A stretch of DNA of 64,000 bases from Eledone cirrhosa (lineage: Eukaryota), in contig OZ024746.1 of assembly GCA_964016885.1 (NCBI GenBank), forward strand, positions 95,976,001 to 96,040,000. The letters run 5' to 3'. Under the pieces are notes generated by a model. The model searched no databases. It was not told where the DNA came from and saw only the letters and a program-made list of their open reading frames with translations. Position numbers and translations under genes: made by a program. Below, piece after piece: positions 25,076 through 40,022 of this stretch. Position 1 is the stretch's first letter. The number at the start of each line of letters is the position of its first letter.

Positions 25076-26251
25076 ACATAATCTATACATGTATTACATA
25101 TTTATATATGCGATAAAACTTATTTACATTTACAAAAAAAAGGGGTATTTTCATTTCTGTGGATGATTATATGTATGTATGAATGTAGGTGGGTGTGTAC
25201 GCGCATACACATGTATATAATATATATATGTATGTATATATATATATGTGTGTGTGTAATGTTGCTTTCAAATATCATAAATAAAATATGATTCTGGATA
25301 AGAATTCCCTCTATCATTGGCAACTTTTACCTCAAGCAAAGATTGAATTAAACACGGCAGATTAGCGGTTCCTTCATGGTTTTCACGTTGCTACAGCTTT
25401 CACCGGCAAACTACACTATACGGTGGATATGCCAGTGAGAGAGGCTACACACGCGCTATCAACCGACGAGGAATAAACAGATATATGTCCCTCAAACTAA
25501 ATATATAATTACCGTCTAAAAAGGAAGAAGGTTATATTGGACACCATCTAGTTCCATGTATACAAAACGGATATGTCTGGAATGTGTTTAATCATAGGTT
25601 GGGTTAATTAAGCAGGCCTAGGGCTAAATGAAAAGCTAGGTAGCAGATAACCGGTCAGTTCAGATGTTAGTATTACAGTATTTGTAGAGGTGTAGTGCCG
25701 GTTTCAAGACATCTGACACCAACCACTTTATACATACATACATATATAACTATAACTATATATATATATATATAATATAGGAAAATGTATGACCCCCGAC
25801 GGCAGTGCTCAAGCCGTTTCGACGGCTATTTCTGGACTTAGTCGAAACGGCTTGAGCTCTGCCGTCGGGGTCATACATTTTCCTATTACCCACTCTACTA
25901 CCCTAAGTATTGAGTACTCTGGTGCGTTATGGTCCATCTGGTTCCTTACCACAACTCCTTCGTTATATATATATATTTATATATATATAAATCCGAGGCC
26001 ATATTTATTTGGTTTTGGTTTATTAAAATCCGTAATGTACATTTTGCTGAGGACTATCAGTTATGACATCCTCAGCTCCTCAAACGGTAAACCTAAAAAA
26101 ACAATGAAATATTATTTTAAAACCCTTTAAATTTGGAAAATCTTGATACAGGGAGCTGGCCGGACGTGTGATATCGTTGATAACAGAGCTCGTATGACTA
26201 AAATGATTATATTTCGCCTGTTTCATAGGAACCATTTCGCATGCTCCGCTT

Positions 26252-26366
<115 letters not shown>

Positions 26367-27675
26367 CTGACGGGAGAACCCTAGTAAAACCTAACCCTAA
26401 TCCTAAACAGGCCTAACCCTTTACATACTCAATTAATCAGGTGAATCGGACAAGATATTGTCAGTTGCTTCTTTCGAGATCCTATTGTCAATGCTACCCC
26501 CCTTTACTCGAGCAATAGGTGACTGGATCGGCCGAAACCTTGACAGTAATGATTCTAATGATAGTAATGATGATGATTATGATAATGGTTTCCTTATTAA
26601 CCACACAGGAGTGAATGATAAATGAGTAATGTATGTATATATATATACGCGTAATGTACACGCACTAATATATATACACACATACAAATAATGAATCAAG
26701 ACATCAAATATGCATGAAATAACACTATAAGGTTTCTCTTATGATTCCACCTGTGTACATATTCTTCTATAGAATATATATTTGGTATATATACAATATA
26801 CTGTGTGTTTTTTTTACGATAGATGGCTCTTTTTCTCTCTCTCTATATATATACGTATATTTTTTTTTATTTGGTTGTGTGTATGTATATATATATATAT
26901 ATATATATGGTGTGTGTTGTGTGTATATTTTATTTATTACGTGAAATAAACCCATGCAGGACTGACTAGTTCTCCCCCCCCCCCCCTTTAAAGAATCCGT
27001 TTGAGCGTTTGACAGACGAAATCTCTGAGAACGAAACAGAATTAGATCCGTGAAAGTCGTTTATTTAATTAATAAAATATATCCACTCTATTTGTATCTT
27101 GCCTTACTGTCTCGAGCTCGGAGGCTCATCTGGCCGGTGCTTCTGTGGCATGAATCGACTGAGAGAACAAGACTTCTCCCTGGACAGGACGCCAGTCCAT
27201 CACAAGGTTAAACCTCCATATATTGCTGGTACTCATTTTTTTTCTTGAACTAAGTATACTGGAGCGACGTCAAATTAAGTGTTTTGCTCAAGAACACAAT
27301 ACATAACCTAGCCCAAGTATCGAACCCACGACATTCCTTGGTTTAAATTGTTGTTCTCTCCATTCCTATTGACAATTGTGATGTTTCTAGCGTGGTCTAG
27401 TGGTTAGGGTGTTCAGTTGGCGATCATAAATTCGTGAGTTCTACACCCGCACCTCGTAACACATTGTGGCCTTAAGCAGGGTACTTTATTTCACGTGGCT
27501 CCAGACAACTCAGCTGGTAAGAATTAATTATACCTGTAATTATAGTGCCAGCCTTTATACTCACTGTGTTACACTCATTTCTCCTCAGAACTATATTTTG
27601 AGTGCGCATGTCTGTGGAATGCTCAGCCACTTGCTCGTTCATTTCAAGCGTTCACTTCCCAGAAGGATGAAGGTC

Positions 27676-27719
<44 letters not shown>

Positions 27720-27859
27720 GTGTTAAACAATATTCAATGAGTATGTCAAAGAATGAGTTTTACAGTAGATTGGAAGCACTCTACGGCAAAATAATTTTCC
27801 ATAGTTATTAATATTAAAATACAAATATTAATAAAATAGATGTTCTTTTGATCAATTAC

Positions 27860-27912
27860 ATTTTATTATACATATTTCGGATCTACAACAGTACGTCCTC
27901 ATCAGACAAAAT
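27860..27912 (-). ncRNA. Type I HHR
   Basis: ATTTTGT-CTGATGA-GGA...TCC-GAAAT(atgt)ATA-ATAAAAT. The element runs into (TA)n at about 27715. Confidence 0.8.
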
Positions 27913-28155
27913 ATAATGATACATGATATACCCTGAGATGTTAAATGGTTAAGATTTAATCAAGGTAGTATATATATTTTCATTTAGTAAATTTTCATTT
28001 AGTCCAGAATTAGCCGTCGAAACGGCTTGAGCTCAGCTGTCGGGGTCTTACTGGTTCCTATTACCCACTCTACTACCTCAAGTATTGAGTACTTTGGTGC
28101 GTTATGGTCCACCTGGTTCCTTACCACATTTCCTTCGTTATATATATATATATAT

Positions 28156-28265
28156 ATATAAGTTAAAACAATGAAATAAAAAATCAAGTCATTAGAGATA
28201 TACTTCACTGCTGTGAAGTATATCTCTAATGACTTGATTTTTTATTTCATTGTTTTAACTTATAT
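28156..28265. repeat. Perfect ~53-bp-arm palindrome with a 4-nt loop
   Basis: 28156-28208 matches the reverse complement of 28213-28265. It abuts (TA)n. Confidence 0.9.
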
Positions 28266-28393
28266 CATGACTCTGTTTTCCTTTCAATGTTTTATTGTTT
28301 TCCAAGATTTATCTTAACCTACAACATTTTCAACATATGGATTACATCGAGTTCTTCATGCAGAATAGAGCCCCACAACTTACTGTGGATACC

Positions 28394-28429
<36 letters not shown>

Positions 28430-28432
<3 letters not shown>

Positions 28433-29420
28433 TCTTCATTTAATGTCATTTTTCCACACTAGCATGGGTTACACAGGTTGCCCCGTTTGAAGCAAGTCAG
28501 GTCAGGTGACTCCGTCTTGTTCATACAGGACTGTTTCTGTCTTGGTTTCTATGGACGGATGCCCTTCCTAACACAAACCACATTTACAGTGTGGGCTGGA
28601 TGTTCGGCACAGTGTGCACTGGGCACGTTTGTTTTGTCACCAACATAACACAGTGGGGACTAGGGATGGTGGAGGGACTCTGGGGAAAAAAGATGTGGAC
28701 AGGGTAGTGAGGGAGGGGAATGAGAGGGATAACAGGTTGAGGAAGGTGTTGCCTTCTAGGTATAAGCCTCATCCTGAGAACAATAGAGGGCGGGTCTTCC
28801 GTAAAACTGCATAGCGCCAGAGGTCGCGGTCCTGAGTCATTGCCTTTGAGAGGTGTAATTGTGCAAGGTCAGCTTTTATTACCTCATCCCAAGTCTTCCT
28901 AGGCCTACTCACACAACAGCTACCATCGACTTTGAGCGCTCTGTACCTTATTATACAGTTGTCATCCTTCATATGCATCACATGTCCATACCAACGCAAT
29001 CTCCTCTCGACAACTGATCCCTTTTAAGCCTAATTTCTCACGCAGTGTATTTATACTTTGTCGTTCACGTATATTGCTATTGCACATTCAGCAAAGCATG
29101 GAGGCTTCATTTCTTTTCAGTCTTTGCCGGTCCGCTGCACACAGTGCCTGGGTTTCACTGCTGTGCAACATTGTTGTTCATATACATGCATCATACAGTC
29201 TGCCTTTCATTTTGAGAGAAAAACCTTTTGTAGTTAGTAATGGTAGTAGCTCCCTGAATTTTCTCCAGAACACCCTCCCCCACTACTGATTTGGTCACCC
29301 GGGTAACAGAAACTGTCTGCCACTTGAACTGAGCCATCTGAACATTTGAAGGTGGTTGTATTTTGAGGGTTGTTGCTACTTACTGCCCCTCTGCACCTGC
29401 CACAAGTAAAACCTACAATA
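28430..29420 (-). pseudogene. Degraded RTE LINE 3' fragment
   Basis: FTCGRC...DSFCYPGD and RWYGHVMHM...RPRKTWDE remnants with a (GAT) tail. Other decayed pieces at about 22440-22790, 23450-23630 and 30268-31120. Confidence 0.85.
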
Positions 29421-29670
29421 TAATACATATATGTGTGTATATATTAATATGTATTTATATATGTATATATGTGTCTATATGTGTGTATATATGTATATAT
29501 ATATGTATGTCTAACCCATGCTAGCGTGGAAGATGGACGTTTAACGAAGATGATGTGTGTATATATATGTGTATATATATATTATATTAGTAATAATAAT
29601 ATTAGCTGGAATAGTTAAACTACTTTACCAATTGATTAAAAGCTCGGTGCAATGGCGGTCACATAGAGCT

Positions 29671-30172
29671 GTATATAGTAATTTCAAAAACACCGAAGAT
29701 TCAAGGCATTGTCAAACTGACACGTTTCTGCCGGCCTAAACTCTTGGGCCATAATATTACAATTCCATAATATTACAATTCCATAATATTACAATTCCAT
29801 AATATTACAATTCCATAATATTACAATTCCATAATATTACAATTCCAAAATTTTATAACCTGACCCTCAGATGTTGATCCAGAGTCGGTATCCTTAGAGT
29901 TTAGTTATACATTATCAATATTTCACATAGGTTAAAAGTTCATTATTTTAAGTACAGTCATCATTCGTTATAATAACAGATTACAGGAATATTTTAAAAA
30001 TCTTTAAAAATTCCAAAAATCTCAAAGAATGTTTTAAAAACTGTTTCAAAAATAATTTGAAAACAATTGGAATTGTAATATTGTGGCCAAGGGTGGTGAT
30101 TTTAGGCCAGCAGAAACATATGACAGTTTGATAATCCCTTGAATCTTCGGTGATTTTGAAATTAATATATAT
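29671..30172. repeat. Diverged ~100-bp inverted repeat enclosing a 16-bp tandem repeat
   Basis: 29671-29770 matches the reverse complement of 30065-30172. AATATTACAATTCCAT is repeated about 5 times. Confidence 0.75.
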
Positions 30173-31149
30173 ATATATATAAGCAGGGAAAAGCGGACGT
30201 AAAATGATGATGATATATATTAATCTGTACTTATAATAAATATTTGCTCTACAGGTTTTTATATATATCATCATCATCATTGTTTAACGCCCATCTTCCA
30301 CGCGAGCATGGGTTAGATGGTTTTGTTCTATTTGATGCAGGAATGGTTGGGAGACTGTCTCGCTTGTACGGAAGTGTCTCTTGCAGGTTTTCTACAGCTG
30401 GATGCCCTTCCTAACACCAACCAACTTTACAGTGTGGAGTGGGAGCCTTTTTACCATGTCTCCTACACGAACCACTTTACAGTGTGGACTGGGTGCTTTT
30501 TGTTGTCATCAACACAGTGGACCGAATTGGGAGGATGGGGTAGGGTGTGTGAGGTGGGGTGTATATTGGGTTAAGAGGTGCCTACTGACTGTAGGTTTGT
30601 ATTCAAGGGAAGGCAGATCTTCTGTTCAACTGCATGTTGCCAAAGATCTCGATGCTGTGACATTGTCTTAGAGAGGTGCAAGTGAGCGAGGTCAGTTTTT
30701 ATCACCTCGTCCCAGGTTTTTCTGGGTCTACCCACTCCGTAGCTTTCATCAATTTTGATCGCCCTGCACTTTTTTATAAAGCTGTTGTCCTTCATACGCA
30801 TCTGTGTTGGTACACAATCTCCTCTCCAGAACACAACATTTGATACCTCTTATGTTTAGTTTCTCTCTCAATTCGTTTATGCTTTGCGGTTACTGTTACA
30901 CATCCATCAGAGCATGCAAGCTTCATTTCCCTCTAATCCACACAAGTCCTCAGCACACAACACCCAGGTCTCACTACCATATAATATCGCTGTTCGCATA
31001 CAAGCATCATACAATCTGCCTTTTACTTTTAGAGAAAAACACGGCCAACAGCGGTATTAGCTCTCTGAACTGTTTCCATCCCGTTCTAACTCCGATTACT
31101 ACACTTTCAGAGCACCCTGTATGTCCAGTCCTTTGCAGATGGCTCAATG

Positions 31150-31520
31150 GATAACTGTGGTTATGCTTTCACTGTGGATGTTGGTTATCTGTTCATCTTC
31201 AGTACAACTATGAAGTGTGCAGTGTGAGTGATCTGGTCCACTGTCTTGCTACATTTATTCCAGATACGTGTAAGTTCATTTCTTATGTATCCGGTTTTAG
31301 CACCAAGGGGAAGGGCTGATCTATAATGCACAAACATGTCTCTGTTGGTGGCTTTCCTATAGAAGTTGGTGTATATAGTACCTTCTTCTGTTACTCTAAG
31401 TTGGAAGTCCAGCAGAGACAAGGAACCATTTTTATCAGGGGGTTCTGTGGTAAATCTTACGTTGTTATCTATGTTTGAGAATGTAATAGATATTATGTCA
31501 GCTTCTTCACAAGATGATGT
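31150..31520 (-). pseudogene. Penelope-like RT thumb fragment
   Basis: VRFTTEPPDKNGSLSLLDF...FYRKATNRDMFVHYRSALP..AK.GYIRNELTRIWNKCS matches the PLE FT.E..FLD..YRK..S.HP..R..CS pattern. Confidence 0.75.
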
Positions 31521-31817
31521 GTAGGCTGGATCAGTAAAGTGATGAATATCGATTCAGGAGCAGTAGAGGCCCAGGAAGACCAAAGAGGACTTGGATGGGA
31601 TCAAGCTAGGTTTGGCCTGGCTCAAATTTGACTGGCGGACGGAAACACATGGAGTGGGACGCTAAAGAGCACTTTCAGGCAGAACCCATCCCTACTTGGG
31701 GATTAATTGAGTCCTGCATAATAAAAAAATGGATGATGATGATCAAAATTGAACATAGCTGTGTATTTAATAATACATTCCTTTTGAAAAGTTGTTCCTC
31801 ATTTATATAAATATATA

Positions 31818-31848
<31 letters not shown>

Positions 31849-32113
31849 TATATGGATCTACTTATGAGCAGGGTATGGCGTGGCCAATAGGTGAAACCCC
31901 TCTCATAACAGGACCACCCAGCTCCACACTGTAAAGGTGGTTGGTGTTAGGAAGGGCATCCAGTTGTAAAACAAACTGGCCAAAATACAGTTCCGTTTGA
32001 GCAAGGTACTGCGTGGCCAAATAGCCAGACTTGCCTCACAGTGTGGACAACCTATCAGACCCATGCAAGCATGGAAAATGAAACATTAAACAGTGATGAG
32101 GATGATATATATA

Positions 32114-34283
32114 TCATCATCATCATCATCATCGTTTAACGTCCATCTTCCACGCTTGCATGGGTTTGTACGGGAGTTTTCCCACTTGAGGCAAGATTTG
32201 TTGTGCTGCTCGTATAGGACTGTCTGGCGGGTTTTCTATGGCTGGATGCCCTTCCTAACACCAACCACGTTTACAGTGTGGACTGGGAGGTTTTTACCGT
32301 GTTACCTACACAGCCACATTACAGCGTGGACTGTGTGTTTTTTTGTCATGACACCTACACGACCTCATTTGTTTCGGACTGGATGTTGTGGTACCAACAT
32401 AACTTCATATTTAGGGGGGGGGGGAACTGACTGTAGGTTTCACTTTGTACTTAGGCAAGGCGGGTCTTCAGTATGACTGTGTAGCGCCAAAGATCTCGGT
32501 CCAGTGACATTGTCTTGGAGAGGTGTAAGTGTGTGAGGTCGGAATTTATCAAGTCGTCCCAGGTTTTTCTGGGTCTGCCTACTCTGTGGCTACCGTCTAT
32601 TTTTATTGCCCTGCACTTTTTTATACAGCTGTTGTCTTTCATGCGCATCACGTGACCGTACCAACATAGTCTTCTCTCGAGTAAACAACGTCTGATCCCT
32701 CTTATTCCTAATTTCTCACTTAGTTCGTTTATGCTTTGCCGTTCATGTATATTACTATTACACATCCAGCGGAGCATGCAAGCTTCGTTCCTCTCCACTC
32801 TGCGTATATTCTCTGCACACAATGCCCAAGTCTCACTGCCATGTAACATTGCTGTTCGTATGCAGGCATCATACAGCCTGCCTTTCATTTTTATAGAGAA
32901 CCCTTTAGCGGCCAATAGTGGTATAAGCTCTCTGAACTTTTTCCATCACGTTCTGACTCTAGCTACTGTACTTTCAGAGCACCCTCCCCCACTGCTAATT
33001 TTGTCACCCAGGTAACGGAAGGTGTCCACTATTTCTATAGAACCATCTGTGCAATGGAATGAGCTAGTATTCTGTGGGCACTTGCTGCTACTTATTGCAC
33101 CAGAGCACCGGCCACATATAAAATCTATATTCTTAGTTAGCTTACCTTTGATCCCACTACATCTTTTATGCATCCATACTTTGCATTTGGGACATAAAAT
33201 GGAGTTTCTGCCTACTCCTTTCCTACACACTGAGCATGGCCATTTGCCAGATGGGACCGGTGCTCTATTTTCCTTCCTACAAACTAGAACTTTAGTCTTA
33301 GACAAGTTAACCTTAAGGCCTTTTGATTCTAGGCCATGCTTCCATGTTTGGAATTTCTTCTCTAGTTCAGCCATTGATTCAGCTATGAGCGTTAGACCAT
33401 CTGCATATAGGAGTTCCCATGGGCAGCCGGTCTTGAACTCCTCTGTTATAGCCTGAAGGGCAATAATAAATAGTAGGGGGATAAGAACGGAGCCCTGATG
33501 AACACCAACTTTTACGCTAAACTCTTCACTATATTCGTTGTTAATTCTAACCTTGCTGACTGTTTCTTTATACATGGCTTACATAGCTCTCACAAGCCAT
33601 TCATCAACACCTAGTTTTCTAAGCGCCCACCAGATAATGGAGCGGGGGACTCTGTCAAAGGCTTTCTCCAAGTCAACAAAAGCTAAGTATAGGGGTTTAC
33701 TTTTAGCTAGGTACTTCTCCTGTAGTTGTCGTACAATGAAAAGAGCATCTGTGGTACTTTTACCTGACACAAACCTGAACTGCATTTCATCTAGATCAAT
33801 TCGTTCTCTGATTAGTTGCGCTATTACTTTTTCTGTGACCTTCATGACCTGGTCGATTAATTTGATGCCTCTATAGTTACTCCTATCTAGGGCATCTCCT
33901 TTACCCTTGTAGCAGTTAATGATGGTGCTGCTACGCCAGTCCTTCGGAACGGCCCCATTCTGTATGACCTGGTTTACTATCCGGGTAACCATAGTGTGTC
34001 CCACCGTTCCAGATGCTTTCAGCATTTCAGCAACTATTTCCGAAGGCCCAGCCGCCTTACCCGTCTTCATATATCTTTGATTGCCTTACTTATTATACTA
34101 CCTTCAACTAGCACTGCTGGTCCCTCTATTGGGTCGATGTGGGGGAGACTGTCTTTCTCCCATTTATTCTCCTCATTTAGTAGCCTTTCGTAGTGACACT
34201 TCCAAGCTACCTTCTTATCAGCGTCAGTGATGGCAAGTGCACCATCATCATTAAGGACACACTTCTCTCCGACAATATCACCA
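32114..34283 (-). mobile_element. 5'-truncated, inactivated RTE LINE copy
   Basis: Split ORFs with NYRGIKL, FVDLEKAFDRV, GVHQGS, YADG (catalytic Asp lost), a PHD insert and RPRKTW. (GAT)n tail. Confidence 0.93.
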
Positions 34284-36155
34284 TATGTATATGTATGTAT
34301 ATATATGTGTGTATATTTGTATATATGTATATATATGTGTGTATATGTGTATATATATATGTATATATATATATATGTATGTATATGTATATATATATAT
34401 ATATATGTATATGTATATATGTATGTATATGTATATATGTATGTATATGTATATATATATATATATATATGTATATGTATATATATATATATGTATGTAT
34501 ATGTATATATATATATATGTATGTATATATATATATATGTATGTATATGTATATATATATATATGTATGTATATGTATATATATATATGTATGTATATGT
34601 GTATATATATATATGTATGTATATGTATATATATATATATGTAAGTATATGTATATATATATATATGTATGTATATGTATATATATATATATGTATGTAT
34701 ATGTATATATATATATATGTATGTATATGTATATATATATATATGTATGTATATATATATATATGTATGTATATGTATATATATATATATGTATGTATAT
34801 GTATATATATATATATGTATGTATATGTATATATATATATATGTATGTATATGTATATATATATATATGTATGTATATGTATATATATATATATGTATGT
34901 ATATATATATATATGTATGTATATATGTATATATATATGTATGTATATGTATGTATATATATATGTATGTATATGTATATATATATGTATGTATGTATAT
35001 GTATATATATATATATGTATGTATATGTATATATATATATATGTATATATATATATGTATGTATATGTATATATATATATATGTATGTATATGTATATAT
35101 ATATGTATGTATATGTATATATATATATATGTATGTATATGTATATATATATATATGTATATGTATATTATATATATATGTATGTATATGTATATATATA
35201 TATATGTATGTATATGTATATATATATATATGTATGTATATGTATATATATATATATGTATGTATATGTATATATATATATATATGTATGTATATGTATA
35301 TATATATATATGTATGTATATGTATATATATATATATGTATGTATATGTATATATATATATATGTATGTATATGTATATATATATGTATGTATAGTATAT
35401 ATATATATATGTATGTATATGTATATAATATATATATGTATGTATATGTATATATATATATATGTATGTATATGTATTATATATATATATATGTATGTAT
35501 ATGTATATATATATATATGTATGTATATGTATATATATATATATGTAATGTATATGTATATATATATATATGTATGTATATGTATATATATATATAATAT
35601 ATGTAATGTATAATATGTATATTATATATATGTATGTATATGTATATATATATGTATGTATATGTATATATATATGTATGTATATGTATATATATATGTA
35701 TGTATGTATATGTATATATATATGTATGTATGTATATGTATATATATATATATGTATGTATATGTATATATATATATATGTATGTATATGTATATATATA
35801 TATATGTATGTATATGTATATATATATATATGTATGTATATGTATATATATATATATGTATGTATATGTATATATATATATATGTATGTATATGTATATA
35901 TATATATATGTATGTATGTATATATATATATATATGTATGTATATGTATATATATATATATGTATGTATATGTATATATATATATATATGTATGTATATG
36001 TATATATATATATATGTATGTATATGTATATATATATATATGTATGTATATGTATATATATATATGTATGTATATGTATATATATATGTATGTATATGTA
36101 TATATATATATATGTATGTATATGTATATATATATGTATGTATATGTATATATAT

Positions 36156-36187
<32 letters not shown>

Positions 36188-36327
36188 GTATATGTATATA
36201 TATATATATGTATGTATATGTATATATATATATATGTATGTATATGTATATATATATATATGTATGTATATGTATATATATATATATGTATGTATATGTA
36301 TATATATATATATGTATATGTATATAT

Positions 36328-36359
<32 letters not shown>

Positions 36360-37419
36360 GTATATGTATATATATATATATGTATGTATATGTATATATA
36401 TATATATGTATGTATATGTATATATATATATATGTATGTATATGTATATATATATATATGTATGTATATGTATATATATATATATGTATGTATATGTATA
36501 TATATATATATGTATGTATATGTATATATATATATATGTATGTATATGTATATATGTATGTATATGTATATATATATATATGTATGTATATGTATATATG
36601 TATGTATATGTATATATATATATATGTATGTATATGTATATATGTATGTATATGTATATATATATATGTATATATATATATATGTATGTATATGTATATA
36701 TATATATGTATGTATATGTATATATGTATGTATATGTATATATATATATATGTATGTATATGTATGTATATGTATATATGTATGTATATGTATATATTAT
36801 ATATGTATGTATATGTATATATTATATGTATGTATGTATATGTATATATATATGTATGTATATGTATATATATATATGTATGTATGTATATATATATATA
36901 TGTATGTATATGTATATATATATATATGTATGTATATGTATATATATATATATGTATGTATATGTATATATATATATATGTATGTATATGTATATATATG
37001 TATATGTATGTATATGTATATATATATATGTATGTATATGTATATATATATATATGTATGTATATGTATATATATATATATGTATGTATATGTATATATG
37101 TATGTATATGTATATTGTATATATATGTATATATGTATATATATGTATGTATATGTATATATGTATATATGTATGTATTGTATATATGTATATATGTATG
37201 TATATGTATATTGTATATATATGTATGTATATGTTGTATATATATATATGTATGTATGTATGTATATATATATATGTATGTATTTGTATATATATATATG
37301 TATATATATGTATGTATTTGTATATATATATATATGTATGTATATGTATGTATATGTATATATGTATATGTATGTATATGTTTATATATGTATGTATATG
37401 TATATATATGTATATATGT

Positions 37420-37452
<33 letters not shown>

Positions 37453-38020
37453 TATATGTATATATATGTATATATTATATTATATATGTATATATATGTA
37501 TTATGTATATATGTATATATATGTATGTATATATGTATATATGTATTATATATATGTATATATGTATATATATTATATGTATATATGTGTATATGTATAT
37601 ATATGTATGTTATATATATGTATGTATGTATATGTATGTATGTAGTATATGTATTGTATTGTATATGTATATGTATGTATATATGTGTATATGTATGTAT
37701 TATGTATATGTATGTATATATGTATATGTATGTATATATGTATATGTATGTATATATGTTATGTTGTATATGTAGTATGTTATGTATATTATGTGTATGT
37801 ATATGTGTATTTGTATATGTGTATGTATATATGTGTATGTGTATGTATATATGTGTATGTTATATGTGTATGTGTATGTGTATGTATATATGTGTATGTA
37901 TATGTTATATGTGTATGTATATATATATGTGTATGTATATATATGTGTATGTATATGTATATTTGTATATGCGTATATGTATATGCGTATATGTATATGT
38001 GTATGTATATATGTGTATAT
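34284..38020. repeat. 3.7-kb (TA)n/TATG compound array
   Basis: Seen directly. Higher-order unit TATGTATGTATATG(TA)n. Confidence 0.98.
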
Positions 38021-38222
38021 AAAAGTTGAATGAATTCTCGACAGTTAGATTATGTAACTGTCTTTATCCCATTGCAGAAACTAATTAGTTGGAGTGAAAA
38101 TTTAAGTAAGTTAAAAAAAATTTTTTTTAATTTTTTTAAAAAACTTTTTTAAAGAATTTTCTTATTTTACGTCTTTTATATTATTGTTCTGCATCCTCCT
38201 GCATTGAACCACCTAGGTACTA

Positions 38223-38422
38223 NNNNNNNNNNNNNNNNNNNNNNNNNNNNNNNNNNNNNNNNNNNNNNNNNNNNNNNNNNNNNNNNNNNNNNNNNNNNNN
38301 NNNNNNNNNNNNNNNNNNNNNNNNNNNNNNNNNNNNNNNNNNNNNNNNNNNNNNNNNNNNNNNNNNNNNNNNNNNNNNNNNNNNNNNNNNNNNNNNNNNN
38401 NNNNNNNNNNNNNNNNNNNNNN
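38223..38422. other. Assembly gap (200 N)
   Basis: Run of N. Confidence 1.
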
Positions 38423-39049
38423 TCATTCCACTGCAAAGTGGTCGTGGAGATGCCACGGCAAAAAAGCACCCAGCCCCACACTGTAAATGTGGTTGGCGTT
38501 AGGAAGGGCATCCAGCCGTAGAAAACCAGCCAGAAACAGTCCCTATACAACCAAGATACGGTCACCTGACCCAACATGCCTCAAATTGGACAAACCTGTT
38601 TAACCCATGCTAGCGTGGAAGATAGATGTTAAACAATGATGATGATGATATATATATCCCTATGTCTCTCTCTCATTCTCTCTGAGCCACACCTGGTTCA
38701 ATATAATAACAATGACATGCCATATGTCACAACACCTCTCTCATTACGTGTTGCAAGGTCAGTAGCTGTGACTAGATATAAAGTTTAGGACAACATTTCA
38801 TGTGCAGCCAGTCAGTTCTTTTTCTGATTCATATTCAAAAAATTTTAGATTCTATGATTATCAAATGTTGATGTTTTAAATTAGGTCTACCACGCTGTTG
38901 GTTTTTAGTAAACATATTTCATTATTGAATTTTTTTTTATTATTATTTTACAGAACGTTTGTGAGGTTCTGTGAAAATATAGATTTGTCTACTGCCCCAC
39001 AAAATTCACTAAAACATCATGCAAAAATCTTGTAATGGCATAACTCATA

Positions 39050-39054
<5 letters not shown>

Positions 39055-39088
<34 letters not shown>

Positions 39089-39965
39089 AATTATATATAT
39101 ATATATGTATAATTATATATATATATATGTATAATTATATATATATATATGTATAATTATATATATATATATGTATAATTATATATATATATATGTATGT
39201 ATATATATATGTATATATATATGTATATATATATGTATATATATATGTATATATATATGTATATATATATGTATATATATATGTATATATATATGTATAT
39301 ATATATGTATATATATATGTATATATGTATGTATATATATATGTATATATATATGTATATATATATGTATATATATATGTATATATATATGTATATATAT
39401 ATGTATATATATATGTATATATATGTATATATATATGTGTATATATATGTGTATATATATGTGTATATATATGTGTATATATATGTGTATATATATGTGT
39501 ATATATATGTGTATATATATGTGTATATATATGTGTATATATATATGTATATATATGTGTATATATATATGTATATATATATGTATATATATATATATGT
39601 ATATATGTATATATATATGTATATATATGTATATATATATGTATATATATGTATATATATGTATATATATGTATATATATGTGTATATATATGTGTAATA
39701 TATATGTGTATATATATATGTGTATATATATATGTGTATATATATATGTGTATATATATATGTGTATATATATATGTGTATATATATATATATATGTGTA
39801 TATAATATATATATGTGTATATATATATGTGTATATATATATGTGTATATATATATATATGTATATATATATATGTATACATATATACTGTATATATATG
39901 TATACATATATATGTATACATATATATGTATATATACATATATATACATATATACATATATATAC

Positions 39966-40020
<55 letters not shown>
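39055..40020. repeat. (TA)n-derived array
   Basis: Seen directly in the sequence. Confidence 0.98.

Positions 40021-40022
<2 letters not shown>

Noticed and set aside
26388-26420. CCTAACCCTAA telomere-like repeats
   Set aside because: Only 2-3 imperfect units. Possibly part of a Helentron-type repeat, but the ends could not be defined.
38040-38095. GAAAC-TAATTA-GTT resembling an HHR 3' half (similar hints at ~11195, ~25695 and ~30113)
   Set aside because: No CTGANGA core or stem I partner was found.
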